Source: Cyanophora paradoxa CCMP329 (taxonomy: Eukaryota; Plantae; Glaucophyta). Taken from it: DNA of 64,000 nt. Where the stretch lies: assembly GCA_004431415.1 (NCBI GenBank), contig QPMI01000005.1, forward strand, positions 248,001 to 312,000, written 5' to 3'. How positions within the stretch are numbered: position 1 is the first letter of the stretch; each line of letters opens with the position of its first letter. The position numbers and the translations under genes were made by a program. This document shows positions 58,572-64,000 of this stretch, one piece after another. A model generated the notes under the pieces. The model was not told the origin of the DNA and searched no databases. It saw only the letters and a list, made by a program, of their open reading frames with translations.

Positions 58572-59096
58572 CAGGGTTCGCGCGCCGCCCAAAATTTTTG
58601 GAAAAAGAATGCAAAAAAAACTTTTTGCGAAACTTTTTAGAAAAGTTTTGGTCCCCGTTTCGGGCCTCAAAAATTTTTGGAATCCTCCTCACCTCCCCCT
58701 CATCCTCCGAAATATATCGTTTGCGGCAGCTAAGGCGATGTTAAATGAAGATATAAACGACATAGAAGGCAATCTGAGGCTATTCTGAGCGTGGAAGGCG
58801 AGTTCTTGAGCTTCTGGCTCCTGTTGGGTGGGGGGGTACTAGGCCATGGCCTTGAAACACGGGCAGGCGGGTTTCCATGTGCAGATAGCAGCTCTTGCAA
58901 GCCGGCGATCGATAAACATGAGTTGAAAAATGTTTAAGAAGTGTTTGAATGCGATTTGAAGCACTTTAGACGATGGTTTCGATTCTTTCGGGGCAAAACT
59001 TTCCTAAAAATTTCGCAAAAATTTTACATACAAGGCAAAAATTTTCGCAAAAATTTTTGGACCCTCGGGGGACCCCCAAAAATTTTCTCATCCCTG
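58572..59096. mobile_element. Non-autonomous hAT-type element (525 bp)
   Basis: CAGGG...CCCTG termini, flanks TTGGCAGG / CTGGCAGG (8-bp TSD, 7/8), inverted subterminal AAAATTTTTGG and TTTTTGCGAAA blocks. Confidence 0.75.
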
Positions 59097-59552
59097 CTGG
59101 CAGGCTGTGGCAGCAGTGCAGCTGCTTCGAAAAATTCTGGCCTTCAATTACAGCACTGTGCGGCAGTCGCTGAGGTTCCGAGCTTCGGCAGTCTCTCCAG
59201 CTGCTGCAGCTTGCAGGCTAGTAGCGCTCTCAGCTTGCGAATCTTCAAGGCTTCTCCGTGGCCGGCCGGCGACGCAGGCTAGCGGTTTTAGCTTGCGAAT
59301 CCTATCATAGTAGCTGCTGCTCAACTGGGAACTTCGGAAGCTGCAGGCTGCACGTCCTAGCGTGACCTCCAGATCTAGATCGAAATCGGCCCTCGCTTGC
59401 CGCGAATCTTATCAACGCTCGAGGCGTTGAGATCGCGGCACATCGGGCGCCTAGCGCACGCGCCAACTATCGCAGTCGGCCATCGAAGCGCAAGCCTCAC
59501 CGCCAGATCCTGATCGGATTCGGATTGTAGTGATTGACCCAGGCCGAGCGGG

Positions 59553-62500
59553 ATGGGAAGCAGTGCAAGCATCGATATCGCCGCCGCGGGCAGCGCGGCC
59601 CGCACGTGTCCGGCCGCGGCGAACCCGCTTTCATTTGCCGCCAGCTGCAGTGAGCGGCAGCTGCAGGCAACCGCACAATTGCAAGCCGTTGGAGCCCGCA
59701 GCGGCAGAGCTGCGGCGGCATGGGACCGGCGGCACAGTTTGCCGCCTGAATTGCACCGAGGGCTCGCGGACATACGCGTGCATGAGAGCTCCGGATCCAG
59801 TTCGGGGCAGCGGCAGCGACAGGGTGAGCCTCCGGCCGCGGGACCGCAGGCGCGGGCTGCCGCTCAGCGCCCCGAGGCGGCGGCCGCGGCCGCGGATGTC
59901 GACTCGCCCTCGTCCACGTCGATCAAGCGCCGGCGCTCGACCTCGGACGGCTCCGCGGCGGTTGCGGTCGTGGATGAGATCCCGCAGGTGCGCCCGCGTG
60001 CGCCGCGCTTCATCCCACTCGCACTGGAACTTAAGGGTTCCCTGGCGCGCGCGCAGGGCGAGGCGAGGCGCGCCCCGGCGGAGGAGATCGCGCGCGCCTT
60101 CGCAATGGGTGGAGGCGCCGGCGCCACCTGGCCCGACGACGACGCTGCTCTGTTCCTCGCGGCCGACTCGGCCCGCGCCGCCGCCGGCGCCTCCCGGTGC
60201 GCTCGGCCCCGCCGCCCCGGCCCGCCCCCGTCCCGCACGCCGACTCCGCCGCTCACGCCCCGCCGGACGGGCGCAGGTGCCTGATCTTGGGTCCCTCTTC
60301 CGATCCTGGCGCACCGTCCCTCCTCGCCGCGTCGCCCCGGGCCGCCGCCGCCGCTGCGGACAGCGCCGCGGCCGTCGCCGTCGCCGCCGAGGTGGGCCTT
60401 CTGCGTGCGCGCCCGCCGCCGTGTGCCGTTGAGCCAACCCGCCGCAGGCGTGGCGCGAGCTCGCCCTGGGGCGCTGGACTCGAGGCGCCGCGGCCCTCGG
60501 CGCCCCCGTCGCTGCCGGCGGGCTGGTGCGCTCCCCCGCCCGGCCCCGCGCCCGCGCCCTCTCGAACGGGCAGCACCTGCCTCTGTACAGGTCGTGGGCG
60601 CACTCCTCCTCCTCTTCGAAGGCTGGAGTGGGCGGAGTGGGCGGGAGTGGGGCGAGCGCGAGTGCGGCGCCGCGGCGGCCGCCGCCTGGGCGCTCTTCCC
60701 CGCGCTCTTCGCCCGGCAGCAGTCTCCGAAGCAGCGGCGGCAAGCCGCTGCGGAGCAGACGACGGCGCCGGCGGGCGGGCGCTGGATTCCCACCCGCCCG
60801 GACCGAGAGGTCGAGCAGGAGAACGCCGTGCTGCAGGTGCGGGCCGCCCGACGACCAAGGCCCAGGCCTAGACCTAGGGGCGGGCGGGGCGGGGCGGCCG
60901 CTGCCCGCCCTTCGCCCCTCGCCCCTCGCCCGACGGGGGCCGGACCGGACCGACCCGCCCCCGCCTGCGTTCGCAGCGCGAGCTACAGGAGCGCGAGCTG
61001 ATCAGCCGCCTCGTGGCCGAAATCAACGACGGCGACGGCCGCGCCCTCGACTCCTGGTACTTGATTGAGATAGACATAGCTAATATATTAGCATGAACTT
61101 TAGAAGCTAAAGAGAGACGGAGCTGAAGCAACCTGCTCGAGCTTAGGTTTTCGATCTATCTAACGCGCGCGGCAGCGCGGAGCTGCTGTGTCGGCACTTT
61201 AACGCGACGCGCTGCATGATCTTCGACGTCTCGCGGGCCCAGCAGCCGGGTACCCCCGTCGCGCCCCGGTCCGCCCCCCCTCCCCCACTACCCCTCCACC
61301 CCTTTCTCCCCCCCCCTTCCATCCCCCTCCACCTGCCCTTCTTGTCCCCCCTCCCTCCGCCTTCCGCCCCGTCCCCCCCCCCCCCTCCTCTCCCCCTTCC
61401 CCCTCACCCCCAACTCCGCCCCACTCGCTGGCCTCCTTTCTCCTCCTTCTTCCCGCCTTTCCCCTCTCCTTTCCCTCCGCCCCCCTCCCTTTCCTTCCCC
61501 GTCAACCTTCAACCCCTTTAACGTCCCCTCCCCTTTTCGCTCCCTTCCCCCCCCCCCCCCTCACCACCGGCCGCCTTTCTCCTCCCCCTTCCCCCCTCCC
61601 CCCAACCACCTGGCCGCAATGCCTGATCAGAGCTGCCCAGCGCCTAGCTCCCTCGGAGCCTAGGCCCTTATGCGGAACAGAATCCTCGCTCCCTCCCCCG
61701 CACGCCCCCTACCTCAGCATGAGGTAGTGGGCGATCACGCCCTACCCCCCTCACGCCCCCGATCATCCCCCCCTCCCCCCCCCTCCCTTCTCTCCTACTT
61801 GTTCCGCTTCTTTTCACCTGTCCTTCCCTTCTCCCCTCTCCCGCATCCCCACCCCCCCGCACCTTGTTCCCCCCCCTACTACTCGTCTCTTTGGACCTCC
61901 GAGCCTCATTAGAGTTGACCAGGCTCGAGGCCCTGAGAGTTGGCTATCTTAATCTTAGAGTCGATTATTAGAAGATTCTGGGCTATCTCTGACCAGCGCG
62001 CACGGCAGGGCGATCTGCCTTCGGTCGGAGCGGGCGCGGCGGCTCGGCACGCGCTTCAGCGACGAGACCGTGCAGCTCTGCCTCCGCCTATGCGAGTCCT
62101 CTCCAGGCGCGCCGGACCCTCCGCGTCCCCGCGCGCCCCGCCGCCGTCCCTCTCAACGCGTTCGAACTCGGCGCAGGCGGTGTCTTCACGTGGCACGGGC
62201 TGGAGCGGGTACCGCCCGAGCTGCGGGGCGCCCTCGAGTCGCACAGCTGCATGACCGCCTTCGCACGCTTCGAGGTATCCCCCCGCGTCCACGCCTCGCC
62301 CTCGCCCCTCGCCGGGCCAGGGGCGCTGACCGCGGGGGCCGGGGCGACGTGCGCAGAGCGCCGTGAACGCCATCATCGTCGTTGAGGATACCGGTGCGCT
62401 CGAGCAGGCCGCGATCACGAGGCGCGCGGCGCGGCGCGGCGGCCTTACGCGGGGCCCGGGCTGGGGCGCAGACACGGTGGCGGGCTGGGGGGCCCAGGAG

Positions 62501-64000
62501 AGCCGCTTCCTCCGCCTCGTCACCGACTCCTGCGGCCTCGTGCGCCTCCAAAGCTCGTCAGCTAAAGTCTAGAAGATCTTTTCAATCTTCGGGATTATAG
62601 ATCGGACTAGACCCTCCGCTCTTCGGGTTGCACATGTATGACGGCTCGGGATCGGGGGCGGGCCTCGCCCCAGAGGGGCACCTAAACCGACCCGAGCTAG
62701 AGCTCAAAACAAAAAGCTTCAAAGCTCAAAGCTTCTTATAACTCGCTAGATTTAGATCTAAAGTGACGGCTCGGGGGCAGGCGCTGGGGCAGGTGATGCT
62801 GCGGGAGCGGCTGCTGCGCGAGGCGCGCCACTCGGCGCTGCTCGCGGGCATCGTACGCGAGATCTCCCAGGTTCGTCAAGCTTTCTCAGGCTTTCTTAAG
62901 CTATAATATATAACCGTTTTACTATAACTCAACGGTTTTACTGTAAGATCTCTATACTATACGACGGGTGGGTAGGATGGGTTCGTAGGACGGCGCACAT
63001 GCGCGCGCTCGCTGCGGGCCGGGCCGGGCGGGCCCGGCGGGCGGGCGGGCGGGTAGGTTGGGGTGGGTCCGACGCCTCTTTTAGAGCTAAGAAGGAAGCT
63101 CAGTAGGAAGCCAAGGAAGGGAAGAAGTAAAGCCATGCGCGCGCGCGCCCTGAGCGGGTGGGTTTGCCCCGCGGGTAGGGTGGTTTCGAATTCGTAACAC
63201 GGCGCACATTTGAACCTCTAACTCAAGCATATAGAGCTAGATATTCGCTCTCTGCGCGATGCTCTGCGCTTATTCGTTAATGAGATAAGATTGACTCCGC
63301 GATCCATCGATATCGCAGGAGGTCGACAACTCAATTGAGACGATCGTCGCCCGAAGGTGCGTCGCCGCTCCCGGACCGGATCCGCCGCCCTAGTCACGCC
63401 CCTCTTAGAAAATTAGTTAGTTCCTCTTAGAACGCGCCCAGAACGCCCCTCTTAGTTGGGTAGTTCCGCCCTAGGATCCGCGCCCAGAACGCCCCTCTTA
63501 AGCTTAGTTACTTAGTTCGGACCTCTTAGATCTAGAGCAATCCACTTCGAGATTTAAGACCCAAAACCCAGTTTCGCTTTCGCTTTCTCATTTTGAGGCT
63601 TGAATTGCAGCGCGGAGCTGGTGGGCAGGGCCTTCCGCGCGGACCGCTGCGCCGTCTTCCTCTACAACGACAACACCTACCAGGAGCGCCTTGTCCAGCC
63701 CCAGGTAATTAATTATGCAAGAAACAATCAATAAAGAAACCCTCGCCCGCTTCGCCGAAACGATTGCAAGAGACCAATAAGAGAAAGCTCTTAGAAGCTA
63801 TTAGAAGCACGTACCAGGAGCGCCTCGTCCAGCCCCAGGTCCCTGCCGTTTATTAATCGATGCGTCCCGCCTTAAGCGTGTTATTTTACGATTTTCGTTG
63901 TTATATATTACGCGTTCCTTCATCGTTGGCGATTGGGTTGGCGATTAATATATTTCCTTGGCTGACTTGAGCTCGCATATCGGCTGCAGTTTGTCTGGGC
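59553..64000 (+). CDS. GAF-domain signalling protein, multi-exon, continues beyond window
   Basis: Exons ESRFLRLVTDSCGL/ALGQVMLRERLLREARHSALLAGIVREISQ, EVDNSIETIVARR, ELVGRAFRADRCAVFLY are GAF-like; 5' structure uncertain. Confidence 0.55.

Noticed and set aside
20400-62600. Hundreds of overlapping Arg/Pro/Gly/Ala-rich ORFs
   Set aside because: Expected from stop-codon scarcity in very GC-rich DNA; real genes here are short exons in changing frames.

Overview
Eukaryotic genomic window with two sharply different compartments. (1) Bases 1-14637 are an AT-rich, intron-less, gene-dense endogenous DNA virus (Polinton-like/small NCLDV-related; left part runs off the window). It encodes a double-jelly-roll major capsid protein (absent from the ORF track), two divergent penton-like proteins, a patatin-discoidin fusion, a 1444-aa HxH-repeat fibre, four paralogous fibre genes with a shared N-terminal module and different C-terminal heads (two C1q-like), a phage-like small accessory protein, a DUF723-like Zn domain and a prokaryote-type SAM decarboxylase. 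A ~1 kb repeat-rich non-coding end closes in a 73-nt hairpin that sits exactly at the junction and cuts a host FN3-repeat gene. (2) Bases 14638-64000 are GC-rich, intron-dense host DNA, probably from a flagellated alga with a primary plastid (glaucophyte-like, inference). Host genes: secreted FN3 protein, an unknown protein plus an inverted partial duplicate, Nudix hydrolase plus a micro-insertion-riddled 5' copy, a triple F-type-lectin-like protein, BBS4 head-to-head with a plastid-targeted ATP sulfurylase, an ACC-synthase-like aminotransferase, a RING-H2/VWA protein and a GAF protein. Mobile DNA: a 4.36-kb TIR element, three related TA-flanked MITEs and a hAT-type MITE. Host gene spans were assembled by eye from exon fragments and are approximate.
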